From Anaeramoeba ignava BMAN (Eukaryota > Protista > Anaeramoebae), in assembly GCA_028826165.1 (NCBI GenBank), contig JAPDFW010000059.1, positions 124,001 through 188,000 of the forward strand: a DNA stretch of 64,000 bases, read 5' to 3'. Position 1 is the first letter of the stretch, and every line of letters starts with the position of its first letter. Positions 13,561 through 27,465 of the stretch are shown here, piece after piece. Below the pieces are notes generated by a model. That model was not told the DNA's origin, ran no database searches, and worked only from the letters and a program-made list of their open reading frames with translations. Position numbers and translations under genes: made by a program.

Positions 13561-13771
13561 TTAGTTTTTATTTGTTTTTTTTTTTTATTCTTTTCTAATT
13601 TTAATAAAAAAAAAATAAATAAAGATCAAATAAAAAAAAAGAAAGAAAATAAAGATCTTTTTCTTATTTAGTTAAAATTAAAATTAAAATAACAAAGTGA
13701 AAGGAATGATTTAATTAATTCTTTTGAAAAAAAAAATTAAAAAAGAAAAAAAAGAAAAAAAGGGATCGAAA

Positions 13772-14470
13772 TTAATCAAATTTTCTGAAAATAGAAATCC
13801 CTCGACGATAATTAGAAACGTTATCCAAACCTCTTTTCTTGAAGAATTCTGAAATTCCTCTTTTAATATTTTTAGGTCTTTTTCCAGTGATATTTGAGAG
13901 AATAAGAAATAACTTGTTTGAAATTTCAATCCTCTCAGGAATATCCTGTGTGGAGTTCTCGATTGTTTGTGGAGTCCATCCATTTATAAATTGCGGAAAA
14001 TATTCCGCATAAATATTCAGGCGTTGTGATACTCCTGGTTTTGGTTTCTTGTTTAAAAAATCATTAATAAAATTTTTCACCTTTTCCGTTACAATTGGAA
14101 TTTTATCTTCCACACTTTGTTCCACAACACTTTGTTTTTCAGCCCCCAGGTTTATCTTCTGTTGTTCTTTTTCTTCATCTTCGGTTTCCTTTTGATCATT
14201 AACTGTGGTGTGTTTCTCGTCGGTAGTTTCAGAATCGTTTTCAGAGCTTCTCTCTTGATTTGCACTTTTGCGTTTTTTCCTTTTTTTCCTGTTTTTCTTT
14301 CTTTTGCTTGTTGATTTTTCCTTTTCTTCTTGCTTGTTTTCGGAGTCTGAGAAACTCGGGCTTAATTGTGGTGGTTCTTCCCTCGAGTTTTGTGTTTGTG
14401 ATCTTTTTTGAGGTTTAATTAAGTTCGGAAGCTCCACCAATATTTTGGCTGCTTCGTCTCGAGAAATCAT
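13772..14470 (-). CDS. Hypothetical protein (~232 aa) with a basic NLS-like stretch and a compact C-terminal domain
   Basis: Intronless ORF with coding-like composition from ATG 14470 and a KRKKNRKKRKKRK stretch. No family recognised. Confidence 0.65.
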   Translation of the reverse strand: MISRDEAAKILVELPNLIKPQKRSQTQNSREEPPQLSPSFSDSENKQEEKEKSTSKRKKNRKKRKKRKSANQERSSENDSETTDEKHTTVNDQKETEDEEKEQQKINLGAEKQSVVEQSVEDKIPIVTEKVKNFINDFLNKKPKPGVSQRLNIYAEYFPQFINGWTPQTIENSTQDIPERIEISNKLFLILSNITGKRPKNIKRGISEFFKKRGLDNVSNYRRGISIFRKFD

Positions 14471-15044
14471 TAAAAAATGATCTTCTTTTTGAAATAAATT
14501 TTTTTTTTTTAAATTTTTCAATTAAATTATTTTTTATTTTTAATTTTTAAAAAAAAAATTAAATTTTTAAATTTTTAAATTTTTAAATCGTTATTTTTAT
14601 TTAATAAGGATCTTTGGTTGTTTTTTCTTTTTTACATTTTAGAAATTAATCAAAAAATAAAGGCAAAAAAAGGGAAATTAATTTAATTTTTTTTATTTTG
14701 AAATGTCCAAAAAAAAAATCCACAAAAATGAAGAAAAAGAAAAATGAAAATGAAAAGGAAAATTTATTTATTAATATAATTCTTCTTTATTAAATTTTAA
14801 ATGAAAAATTTTAAATAAAAATTATTAAAAAATTTATTTGAAAAAATTTTTCTTTTCTTTTCTTTTCTTTTTATTGATTCTTTTCTCCTTTACAAAAAAA
14901 AAGAAAGCCAAAAAAAAAAATAAAAGGTTTGAGAAAAATACAAAAAAAAAAAAAAAAAAAAAGAATCAATATTAGAAAAAGATCTGTTCAATTTGAATTA
15001 AAATTTGTTGAAAAAAAAAGAGAAATTTTGGGAATTCAAACTGG

Positions 15045-16650
15045 GAATTGATTTAAATATTTTTTAGATTAAAATATTTTTTAGATTCAAATATTTTTGG
15101 AAATTGATTTAAATATTTTTTAAATTCAAATATTTTTGGAAATTGATTTAAATTCAAATATTTTTTAATTTGATTTAAACATTTTTTAGATTTAAATATT
15201 TTTAAATTTAAATATTTTTGAAATTGATTTAAATATTTTTTAGATTTAAATATTTCTGGAAATTGATTTAAATATTTTTAAAATTGATTTAAATATTTTT
15301 TAGATTTAAATATTTTTTAAATTGATTTAAATATTTTTAAATTTAAATATTTTTAAATTTGATTTAAACATTTTTGGAGATTGATTTAAATATTTTTGAT
15401 TTAAATATTTCTAAATTGATTTAAATATTTTTTAATTTGATTTAAATATTTTTAGGTTTAAATATTTTTAAATTGATTTAAATATTTTTAATTAGATTTA
15501 AATATTTTGGAAATTGATTTAAATAGTTTTTGATTTAAATATTTTAAAATTAAATTTAAATATTTTTAAAATTAAATTTAAATATTTCTTAAATTGATTT
15601 AAATATTTGATTTAAATATTTTTAAAATTGATTTAAATATTTTTTAAATTTAAATATTTTTGATTTAAATATTTTTGAAATTGATTTAAATATTTCTTAG
15701 ATTGATTTAAATATTTTTAAATTGATTTAAATATTTTTGGGAATTGATTTAAATATTTTTAAATTTGATTTAAATATTTTTAGATTTAAACATTTTTGGA
15801 GATTGATTTAAATATTTTTTAAATTAATTTAAATATTTTTGAAATTGATTTAAATATTTTTAAATTAATTTAAATATTTTTGAAATTGATTTAAATATAT
15901 TTTAAATTTAAATATTTTTAAATTTGATTTAAATATTTTTAATTTGATTTAAATATTTCTTAAATTGATTTAAATATTTTTAGATTAAAATATTTTTAGA
16001 TTTAAATATTTCTGGAAATTGATTTAAATATTTTTTAGATTGATTTAAATATTTTTTAAATTTAAATAGTTTTTAGATTTAAATATTTTTAAATTGATTT
16101 AAATATTTTTGGTTTAAATATTTCTTAAATTGATTTAAACTTTTTTAGATTTAAATATTTCTTAATTTGATTTAAATATTTTCTAATTTGATTTAAATAT
16201 TTTTTAGATTGATTTAAATATTTTTTAGATTGATTTAAATATTTTTTAGATTGATTTAAATAGTTTTAAATTTGATTTAAATATTTTTTAAATTTGATTT
16301 AAATATTTTTAGATTCAAATATTTTTTAAATTTAAACATTTTTTAGATTTAAATATTTTTGGAAATAGATTTAAACATTTTTGGAAATAGATTTAAATAT
16401 TTTTAAATTTAAATATTTTTAAATTGATTTAAATATTTCTTAAATTGATTTAAATATTTCTTAAATTGATTTAAATATATTTTAAATTTAAATATTTTTT
16501 AGATTGATTTAATTATATTTTAAATTTAAATATTTTTAAATTTGATTTAAATATTTTTTAGATTTAAATATTTTTGGAAATTGATTTAAATATTTTTAAA
16601 ATTGAATATTTTTAAATTTAAATATTTTTAATTTGATTTAAACATTTTTG
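15045..16650. repeat. ~1.6-kb degenerate minisatellite built on GATTTAAATATTTTT
   Basis: Directly visible; it starts right after the stop codon of the minus-strand gene ending at 16656. Confidence 0.9.
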
Positions 16651-16655
16651 ATTTG

Positions 16656-19191
16656 TTAATTCTTCTCAGCTTTCTTTCTTGAATTCTCATTTCCTGAAGA
16701 AATATTTGAATTTTCACTTGAATTTGTAGGAGGAAATTGAAGTTGAAAGGGAGAAGGAATTGGATCATAAATTGAAAAGAAAAATTGAGGAGAAACTCTT
16801 GAAGTAGAAAGTAAAAAATTAGGAGAAATTGAGGATGTCATAAAACTATATTGAGGATCTTGACGATGATGGAAAGATAAGGGAGAAGGAGAAAAGGGAC
16901 TATCAGGATTTGAATTCATTTGAAAATGAGGAGGAGGAGTTGTGCCCATCATAGAAAAATAATTCTTTGGTTTGGATGAATCAAACATATTTCTGGGATG
17001 ATCACCCGAGAATCCTAGATCATGTGAAGGAAATGAATTTGTGTGGTTTGTGCTTGGGTTATGTGATGAATGATGATTTATTGTTGTTTCTGGTGAATTC
17101 AAATCAAATGGAAGGATTTTTTCAATGTTTGGAGATGGTGTATATCCGATTTGACTATCGTTTTGAGTTCGAATACTCGGGAAAAATTTGTTCATTTCTC
17201 CTTCTAATGGTTCATCACTGAGCCCTAATATTTCTCTGTTAATTTGCGATGGATCTGATACTCTTGAAGAAAAGCTTGGCATTTTGATTGCCACTTGATT
17301 GTTTGAATTTTGGTTTTGATATTGTGTGAAATTTTGTTTTTGTTGTTCAAATGAGCGAGTATTTTGGTTATTTTGATTTGAATAGTTTGAATCACGAACA
17401 GTGTTGTTATTATTATTCACATTATTATTCACATTGTTATTATTATTCACATTATGCATGTAATGAATTTGATTTATATCACCCAAATAAGTCAGTTCAT
17501 TCATATCATTCATATCATTCATATAATTCATGTTTCCATATCCATTTCGTTCTTTTTCCCCAATTGTATCTCCTGTTTTTTGTGAACGAAGTATCATTTT
17601 TTTTGAATTTCCGTTTTTTGCTTTTTTGATTGCTTCTTTTTCTTTTTCTTTTCCTTTTGCTTTTCCTTCATTTTTGTGCGTTTGAGTTTCTTGTGAAAAT
17701 GAGGACAAATCGGATTTATTGTTTTTTTTGCGTTTTTTGGATCCGTTTTTCTGCATTTTTTTATTCGTTGAGTTTTTTTTGTTTGATTTAGCCTTTTTTT
17801 TGGGTTTTGAATTGCTTTTAGTTTTAGTTTTATTTTTATTTTTAGCTTTGGTTTTTGTTTCTTTTGATTTATTTTTTGATTTTGCTGAACGTTTGCTTTG
17901 AGTTCTGTAACTTGGTTTAATTGGAGTTTCACCTTCATTAAGAATAAAAGAAGTATTGAAACCGAAGAATTGAAAAATGCGGATAATTGAAACATCCTTT
18001 TCGCTGATACTTTTATAAGTGATAATTTGTGTGTTAAACGAATCGCGGAAAATGATTGGTTGTGAAGAAGGGAAAGAAGTGTTATAGTTTTGGAATATTT
18101 TATGAGAAAGATTTCTGATAAACAACTCAATTGATTTTTGATAATTTTCTGGATTTTCAAAACTTAAATCTTTTTTTTCCTTTGATTTGTTTTTGAGTTT
18201 GATTTTTTGAAGCAGTTGAAGTGAGTTCAGACAGAGATCTCTTCTTGTTTTCCGAAGATCTAAAAGATATGAAGTGTATTTATCTATTTTAGGTAAAACT
18301 AGTGATTGGTCGTGATTCCAGTAAATATTTCCTTTTTGTTCAGTTGATTCGTGAATAAGACCAACACTTTTATAAACAGAAAGAACTGTACAAATTCTTT
18401 GTCTAGAGAATCCAGTATTATCTGCTAAGTCATCTCTTGTTTTTGGCTCTAAAAATTTTTAAATTAATTTTAATTTTAATTTTAATTTTAATTTATTTTG
18501 CCATTTCTTTTAAATCATTTTAAATTAAATTTTAAATTAAATTTTAAATTAAATTTTAAATTAAATTAATTTTTTATTATTATTTTTAATTGAAATTTTA
18601 TTGATCATTTTTCTTGTTTATTTCATTTATTTTTTAATTTTTAATAATAAAAAAAGTAAGTAATTTTTTTTTTAAATTAAATTTTAAATTTTAAATATAA
18701 ATTTTTTTTTAAATTTAAATTAAAAAAAAACATAAACAAATAAAAAAATTTTTTCAAACATTACCATATTTAAGTTGATCAGCAATCAAAAAACTCAGCA
18801 TAGCAATTGTTCGATCGGATCTTGTACGTTTTGAATCTGGAGGAATGCCTTTTTCCAAGTTTACTCTATCAAGTCTTTTCCTTGATTCAAAAATGGGTTT
18901 CCAAAAATGATTTAAACGGAAATTTGTTTTATTTCTTCTTGTAGCTTGAGCAAATACGCCAATTTGCAGAAAAAGCTCAGCAATATCACCTATAAACTTA
19001 TCAACTTGAGCTGGTAATTCTTTGTATTTTTTCCGATAAAGATCTGCTATTTCTAGTACAGTAAACGTTATCTTCTTATCTCCTTGATATTCACATAAAA
19101 ATAACCCAAAATCCCAAATTAAATTGTAAAATTGATGTTTTTCTTCTCCTTCTTTAAGTTTCCAGATCTCTTTTGATCGTTTGTTGTTCAT
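16656..19191 (-). CDS. E2F/DP-like winged-helix transcription factor candidate (~739 aa, intron 18449-18764)
   Basis: The spliced product contains RSDRTIAMLSFLIADQLKYE...TRDDLADNTGFSRQRICTVLSVYKSVGLIHE...GNIYWN, which matches the E2F/DP DNA-binding fold spacing (RRxYDxxNVLxxxGLI...W). It is followed by a coiled coil, a basic region and an S/P/N-rich tail. Confidence 0.55.
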
Positions 19192-20347
19192 TTTCTTTTT
19201 TGTTTTTGATTTTGCTATTTTTCTTCTTTGTTGTTTTTTTTGTTGTTGTTTTTGTTTTTGTTTTTGTTTTTGGTTTGTTGAAAATTATTTCCTTTGATTT
19301 TCTTTTTTGTTTTAAAAAAAAAATTTAGAAAATAAAGACTGAATTAATTAATTAATTAATTAATTAAAAAAAAAGAAAAAAAAATCGAAAATAAAAAGAT
19401 AAAAAAGTTGAAAAAAAAAAATAATAAATTTTGTAAAGAAAAAAAATGAAAAATAAAAAAATAAAAATAAAAATAAAAATAAAAAAATCTTTCTTTTTCT
19501 TTAATCCAAATGGAAAAATTTTTTATTATTAAATCTTTTTCAATTTCATTTGATTTGATTTTATTTGCTTTTTTTTTTTTTCATTTTGCTGATTTATTTT
19601 TGATTTTGCCAAATCTGTAATTTAGATTTTTAAAGGAAAAAAAATTTTTTTTTTTCTTTTTTTTGGGGTTTTTTAAATTTAATTTTTAAATTTAAATTTA
19701 AATTTAATTTTAATTTTGATTTAATTTTAATTTTGTTGTTGATCATTTTTTAATTAATATTTCTTTTTCAAAATTTGACCCTCTTTTAATTTATTTTTAT
19801 TTTTAAAGAATCTAGCAAATAAAAAATTTATTTAAAAAATAACTTCTAAATTAAAATTAAAACTAAAATTTTTTTTGATAAAAATATTTTTTCTTTGATC
19901 AAAAAAATAAAAAGAAAAAAGAAAAAAAAAAAAAAATTGTTTTTTATTTAAAATTTTTTAATTTGTAAATTTTTAACAGAACAAAAAAATAATTCATAAA
20001 AAAAGAGGAAAAAAACAAATAAATTATTTTTCAAATATTTAAAATAAACAAATCGAAAAAATTTCTTTGATCAAATTTATTAAAAAGAATTAAAACTAAC
20101 GATTTAAACAAATTTCCTTTATTTTTTTTCTTTTTATTTGTTTTAAATTGAATAAGATTTATTTGCTAAACATTTCAATAATAATTTTTTTTAACAAAGA
20201 AAAGTAATTGTTTGAATTCATTTCATTTATTTATTTGTTTGTTTGTTTGTTTATTTGTTTTATGTTTTATTTTATTATTTTTTTTTTTTGTTTTTGGGGT
20301 CAAGATTTAATTAAAAGAGAAAAAAATTTTTTTTCTTTTTTATTATT

Positions 20348-23300
20348 TTAATTTTTGGATTTTTTTAATTGATTCAAAATAACATCCAATGATTGATTTA
20401 GAAAGTAAAGAGGATCATTTTCTTGAATTGGTAAATAAAAAGGAATTTGATCCCAATTTTCAGTATCAATTTGAGAGAAATTGACTTCAAAATGAAAAGA
20501 TTTTTTAAATTCAACTTCAAGAATATTAGTTTTTTTTGGATTTTTTTGTTTTGCAAAATCCAAAAATTTTGTCAATTCAATTTGTGAAAGAGGTTCTGTA
20601 TCCAAACTATATTTTATAAATAAATTTGAAATAAATTGAACAAAATGAGTTGAATATGTCAAAAAAAAATTTTTTGATGAGTAATTATAAAATATTTTAA
20701 TATAAAAATTGTAATAAAATAAATATTTACGAATCTGGTGTAAAATTTGAAAGAATTTTATGAATTTGGAAGTAATTTAAATTTGGACATAATTTATGAA
20801 TAAGAGAATAATCAGAAATGAATGTTTTATTCATTGTTATGCAATCTGCTGCTTGCCTAATATGATTAAGTGTTTGACTAAAAAATATTTAAATTTTAAT
20901 ATTAATTTTGAATTGAAATTTGGAGATTAATTAATTTGTCAATTACTTTAAATGGGGCATTGATAATTTATGAAACCATTCTTCTAAATGAGATAATGTC
21001 CATTTAACCTGAACGCAAATCGAATATTTACAAAATCTCTTCTGTGTCATGATATCATGAAATAAAACTGAATTAATAAAATATAAGATTTGCTTAATAA
21101 TATTTTCAGTCACTTCTTGACTTAAATAATTATTTCTTGATTGAATTCTAGCTTTTTCCAATTTATCCAAAATGTCCTGAGGATAAATTTGCTCATTTAA
21201 AGTACGAACTTTCTTTATTGTTACTTTTTCCATTTTTTTTGGATTCTTGAAAAAAACAGGTCTAATTAACGGCTTGATTTCTTTTGTGATTATTGATAAA
21301 TATAATTGGAAAGTTGTTGAAAGTAACTTGGATAATTCTTGGAAAAGTTTGCTTGCTGTTGATTCTTTTAAATGGTCTTCTTCTTTGACATGCTTTGTTA
21401 ATAAAACATTTAAAAAGCACAAGCTCGAAAGAATCCATAGAAGCATTTCGTCATTTTGTGAGTGAAATTCAATAAGAAGTTGGTATCCATTAAGCAAATT
21501 TTGGATAATCTCATAATTGTTTTGTTGAAAAGCTTCTGAATGGACCAATAATTTGAATATAAAACATGATGATATTGGATAATTTGAAGTGTATTTCACT
21601 TTGGGGAAATACAATAATCTTTCCATAATCCACATTTCTTGATTAATACTCTTAGATAAAGCCAGCTTTTCTTCAATTTCACCAAGTCTTTTCATTTCTC
21701 TTTCTAATTCAAGTTCTTTTTCTTGAACCGTATTTTTCAAATTATTTTTTTCATTTTCAAGATCGGTTATTTTTTGATTTAGAATTTGTAAATTTGCTTG
21801 ATTTGCTTGATTACTTTGTTTCATGTTTTCATTTGGATTTGGATTTGGTTTTAATTTAAAATCAGTTATTGGTTGAAAAGATTCGAAACTCAAATCAGAA
21901 AGTTGATCAAAATCCATTTTTGGCATCGAATTATGCTTTTTGAAAGATTCTTGATAAATTGTTGTTTGTCTATTCTGCATTTGTTGAACATTTTGAACAT
22001 TTTGAACATTTTGAACATTTTGAACATTATTTGCTGTATAAGAGCGTGTTTGCGCTTTGAATCTTTCATTTAAAACTGGTGGTTGAAAATTCTTATCAAT
22101 ATCAATAGTTTCATCTTCTTGGATACTTTCACCATCTCCAAAATCAAAATCTTCTTGGTTCATGCTTTTCATATCAAATGATTGGTTATTTTGAGGTGTA
22201 ATAACAAAGTTTGATGTGATAAGTTGATTATTGTTGTTTTGATTTTGAATATTGCTATTTTGATATTGATTTTGATATTGATTTCTATTTTGATTTTGAT
22301 TTTGATTTAGATTTTGATTTTGATATTGATATTGATTTTGATTTTGATTTTGATTTTGATTTTGATTTTGATTTTGATTTTGATATTGATTTCTATTTTG
22401 ATTTTGATTTTGATTTTGATTTTGATTTTGATATTGATTTCTATTTTGATATTGGATATTGTTTTGATTATTGTTATTTTGATATTGATTTTGTTGAAAC
22501 GAATTATTCAAATTTCCATTCTGTTTTTTAGATTTTGATTGTGAAATATTAATTGGTTTGAATCCATCAAAATCTTCTTCCATTAGTTTTCTTTCTTTTG
22601 CGACATTTTGTTTTTGATATGGTAACTCTTGTGGTTTTGTAATTGGTTTTTTGATATTTTTTCGTGGCTTTTTTTTTTTAAAAAAAATGGATGAATAAAA
22701 TTTTTCTTTTGAATTGTATAAAAAATAAATTTATTTTTACATATTCATTCCATAAATCATCTTCACTTTCTAATGAAGGAATTGGATTATTTTTATGAGG
22801 TAAATTAGGAGTATCTTTAAATTGAGGTTTCTATTTGATATTATTTTTTTAAATATTTTAAATATTTAATATTATTTTAAGTATTTATTTTAAATATTTT
22901 GAATATTTTGAATATTTTTTTAAATATACAAGATTTTGATTTTGATTTTGATTTTGATGATTTTGATTTTGATGATTTTGATTTTGATGATTTTGATTTT
23001 GATGATTTTGATTTTGATGATTTTGATTTTGATGATTTTGATTTTGTTGAATTTGATTTGTTCTTGGAGTTGTGGTTGTGGTTGTAGTTGTAGTTGTAGT
23101 TGTAAATGGCATTGTATTTATATTTATATTTGCATTTATTGTTTGGCGAGATACAACAGGAGAAAAAAATCCATCATCGTCTGAAAGATTTTCTGATTCT
23201 GTAACAAATGAAGCATTATCAGTAAATTCTGAAAAATCTTCTTCATCCATAAATTCTGATGATTGAATTTTTTTTTGAATTAATTCATATTTGCGAATCT

Positions 23301-25782
23301 TTTCTTGAACATTTTTTACAAATAATAATGATTGTGTTTGTTCTGATTTTTCTCCTAATGTCATCATTAAACAAAGAAGAATTGCTGGTGTGTGTTGATG
23401 TTCTTCTTTATGCTTAATCCAGAATGGATATTCTGCTACTGTAGGTTGTTCTCTATTACAAAATTCAGAAATGTTTATTCGGACTTTTCCTATTTTGGAA
23501 AATTCATTTCGAAGGCTTGCTCCCTTTTTAAATATTATAAATTGAATATTGAATATTGAATTGAATTGAATTGAATTAAATTGAATTAAATTGAATTAAA
23601 TTAAATTGAATTGAATTGAATTGAATATTGAATTGAATTGAATTAAATTAAATTGAATATTAAATTAAATTGAATTGAATATTGAATTGAATTAAATTGA
23701 ATTGAATATTGAATTAAATATTGAATTGAATATTAAATTAAATATTGAATTGAATTGAATTAAATTGAATTGAATTGAATTGAATTGGATATTGAATTGA
23801 ATTGAATTGAATATTGAATTGAATTGAATTGAATATTGAATATTGAATTGAATTGAATTGAATATTGAATTAAATATTGAAATTAAATTGAATTAAATTA
23901 AAATTAAATTAAATTAAATTGAATTGAATATTGAATGAATTGAATGAATATTGAATTGAAATTGAATTGAAAATTGAAATGGATTAAATTGAATTAAATT
24001 TTGAAATTAAATAAAATTGGAATTTGAATTGAATTGAAATCGAATTGAATTGAATTGAAATTGAATTAAATATTGGAATCAAAATTAAATTGAATTAAAT
24101 TAAATTGGAATTAAATTAAATTACGAAATTGAATTGAATATTAAATATTGAATTGAATTGAATTGAAAATTGGAATTGAATTGAATTGAATGAAATTGAA
24201 AATATGGAATCAAATTGAATTGGAAAATTGAATTAAAATGGAATTAAATATTGAATTGAATTAAATTGAATTAAATTGAATATTGAATTAAATTAAATTG
24301 AATTAAATTGAATATTGAATTAAATTAAATTGAATTAAATATTGAATTGAATTGAATTTTGAATTAAATTGAATATTGGAATTGAATTAAATATTAAATT
24401 AAATTAAATTAAATATTGAATATTGAATTAAATTGAATATTGAATTGAATTGAATTAAATTGGAATTGAATTAAATATATTGAATTGAAATTGAATTTGA
24501 AATTGAAATTGAATTGAATATTGGAATCAAATATTGAATTGAAATTAAATTGAATTAAATTGAATATTAAATTGAATTGAATTGAATTAAATTAAATATT
24601 AAATTGAATATTGAATTGGAATTAAATTATTGAATTGAATATTAAATTGAATTGAATATTGAATTAAATTGAATTGAATTGAATTAAATATTAAATTAAA
24701 TCGAATTGAATTGAATTAAATATTAAATTAAATCGAATTGAATTGAATTGAATATTGAATTAAATTAAATTAAATATTGAATTGAATTAAATTGAATTAA
24801 ATATTGAATATTGAATATTAAATTAAATTGAATATTGAATATTGAATATTGAATATTGAATATTGAATACGAATATTGAAATTGAAATATTGAAATTGAA
24901 TTGATTGAATTGAATTGAAATTGAATTGAATTAAATTGAATTAAATTAAATATTGAATCGAATTGAATTGAATATTGAATTGAATTGAATTGAATTGAAT
25001 ATTGAATTGAATATTGAATTAAATATTGAATTGAATTGAATTAAATATTGAATTGAATATTAAATTGAATATTAAATTAAATATTGAATTGAATTGAATT
25101 GAATTGAATTAAATTAAATTGAATTAAATTGAATTGAATTGAATATTGAATTGAATATTGAATTAAATTAAATTAAATATTAAATATTAAATATTGAATT
25201 GAATTGAATTGAATTAAATTGAATTGAATTGAATTGAATTAAATTGAATTGAATTGAATTAAATATTAAATATTGAATTGAATATTAAATTAAATTGAAT
25301 ATTAAATTAAAAATTGAATATTAAATTAAATATTGAATTGAATATTAAATTTTGAATTAAATTGAATATTGAATTAAATATTAAATTGAATATTGAATTA
25401 AATATTGAATTGAATTAAATTTTGAATTAAATTGAATTAAATTTTGAATTAAATCTTAAATAGATTTTTGACTTGTGAAAAAAAAAACAAATAGAAAACA
25501 AACCATATAAAGAGAAACATGCAAAGTTTTTGGGTTAATAGTATGAGATTTTTGATCTTTAAAAAGTGTAACCCCAATTTTAAACTCTTCAAACCATTGA
25601 GCATAACCAAAACTATTAATAGTGGTTTTATTTGTTGTACCTTGCTTTTTGCCTCTTTTCCATTTAATAAAAACATAAGAATCAGGTGCTGGAATATGTG
25701 CAGCTGAAATTATTGCAAATGAAAGACTTCCTGTTAATACTGTTTGTCCTTTATGTTTTAATCCAACTATAAATTTCTTCAT
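20348..25782 (-). CDS. NT-C2 (EEIG1/EHBP1-type) + coiled-coil + Dilute (DIL) domain protein (~1029 aa, 5 introns)
   Basis: NT-C2 motifs VFIKWKRGKK...WFEEF...TLF...KTLHVSL...IGKVRINISEF. DIL motifs QILYFINSVLFHDIM...FCKYSICVQVKWTLSHLEEW...LNHIRQAAD...CPNLNYFQIHKILSNFTPD. Introns 23524-25503, 22831-22929, 22668-22740, 20878-20946 and 20607-20730 preserve the frame. Confidence 0.85.
23540..25450. repeat. ~1.9-kb (ATTGA/ATTAA)n pentamer microsatellite filling a 1980-nt intron
   Basis: Directly visible between donor 25503 and acceptor 23524. Confidence 0.92.
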
Positions 25783-26363
25783 TTTTGTTTTCAAAAGAAA
25801 AAAATTGGAAAAATGAAAACGAAAAAAAAAAATGAAAAATGAAAAATAAAAAATAAAAAAAATGGTAAAAATTTTTTATTCCTAATTTTATTCATTTTTT
25901 TGCCAAACGATCTAATTTTAAATTGATTCAATAAATGTTAAATAGATTTTTGCTGTTTATTTATTATTGATTTTAATGTTTTGTAATGATGATTTGGATT
26001 TTGGATAAATGTAAAATTAGAAAATAAAAATTTTAATAAAAATTAATAATAATAAAAAATTAGAAAACAACTATGGATGAATCAGATTTAAATTTTAAAA
26101 TCAAATTAAAATTAATTTAAAAGGAAAAAAAAGAAAAAAAAATTTTTTTTTAAAGGGAAATATTTTTTTTTTTTGATCAAATTATTTAAATAAAATCTAA
26201 ATTAAAAAAAATTTTAAAATTTGAATAGAATTTAATCATTTATTTAAAATAAGAAAATTCAATTTCAAAAGATCAAAATTTTTAATCTTTTAATTTTTTC
26301 ATTTTTTTTTTTCATTTTTTTTCACTTTTCTTTTTATTATTTAAAAAAAAAAAAAATATAAAA

Positions 26364-27465
26364 ATGGAATCAATATTCCCAGATCCTTTTAATATTTCGA
26401 ATACAGATTATTATTTAATTAATAAACAAAAGAAAAATCCTCAATATTTTGAAGCATTCCAATTTTTTGGAGAAGAAAACATTGAAATTACAGAAGAAAC
26501 ACCAATAGAAAAATTATGGGAATATCATAAAACATTACTTTCTAAATATCATGAATCAAGAAAAAAAAGAGAAGTAAATGAAAAAGAAAAAGAAAAAGAA
26601 AAAGCTGTAAAGAATACATCTTTACTAGATATTAAATGCAAAATTGCACAAAAAATTCTGCATAAATGCATTTTCTGTGAAAATCGTTGCGAAGTAAATC
26701 GTTCAACAAAAATTGGAAAATGTAATGTCCAAGAGACAAGAATAAATAGTATTTTTGTACATTATGGAGAAGAACCTGAAATCATTCCTTCACTCACAGT
26801 TTTTTTCACAGGATGCAATCTCAGGTGTGTTCATTGTCAGAATTGGGATTTATTGAATGGGAAATCAGGGACATTGTACACACCAAGAGAACTTGCAAAG
26901 GCAATCTCCAACTTCGTGAAAAGAAACTCAAAAATCAAAAATGTGAATTTTGTTGGTGGAGAACCAACACCTCATCTCTCTTTCATTTTGGATTGTTTAA
27001 AAGAACTCTCAAACATTTATATAGAGGATCCAAATCTGAAAAAAATCCCCTCAATTTGGAACTCAAATATGTACTACAGCGAAGAAGCTAGTGAGCTTTT
27101 AGATGGAGCTTTAGACTTCTTTCTTGCTGATTTGAAATATGGAAATGATAAATGTGCCTTCAAGGTATCCAAAAGAAGAAGATACACTCAAATTGTTCAT
27201 CGTAATTTACTAAAATGCAATCAACATGCAGATTTGCTTATTCGCCATTTGGTTCTTCCTGGTCATGTTGAGTGTTGCTCTAAATTATGCGCAAATTGGT
27301 GTTTTGAGAACTTGGGAAAGAGTGTTAGATATAATTTAATGTTTCAATACAGACCCGAACATAAAGCAACAGATATTGAAGAAATGGCAAGAAAATTAAC
27401 AGATTCAGAAAAGGTTTTTAGCAACAAAACTTACAAAAGAATCTGGTTTAATTAACGTGATCTAA
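26364..27465 (+). CDS. PflX-family radical SAM protein (PFL-activating-enzyme-like), prokaryotic type, ~366 aa
   Basis: CxxxCxxC (GCNLRCVHCQNW), upstream CIFCENRCEVNR, HYGEEPEIIPS, NFVGGEPTP, IWNSNMYYS, ADLKYGNDKCA, IRHLVLPGHVECC, NLMFQYRP. A +1 indel near 27415 restores a family-like end (VLATKLTKESGLINVI*). Confidence 0.88.

Noticed and set aside
12694-13671. ORFs 12694-12876, 12716-13138 and 13135-13671 (poly-I, MI, NL)
   Set aside because: Translations of hexamer microsatellites, or alternative frames of the OSCA tail.
23900-24260. Irregular stretch inside the pentamer array as a possible hidden exon or element
   Set aside because: Same composition as the flanking repeat with scattered indels; more consistent with noisy consensus, and the flanking exons join in frame without it.
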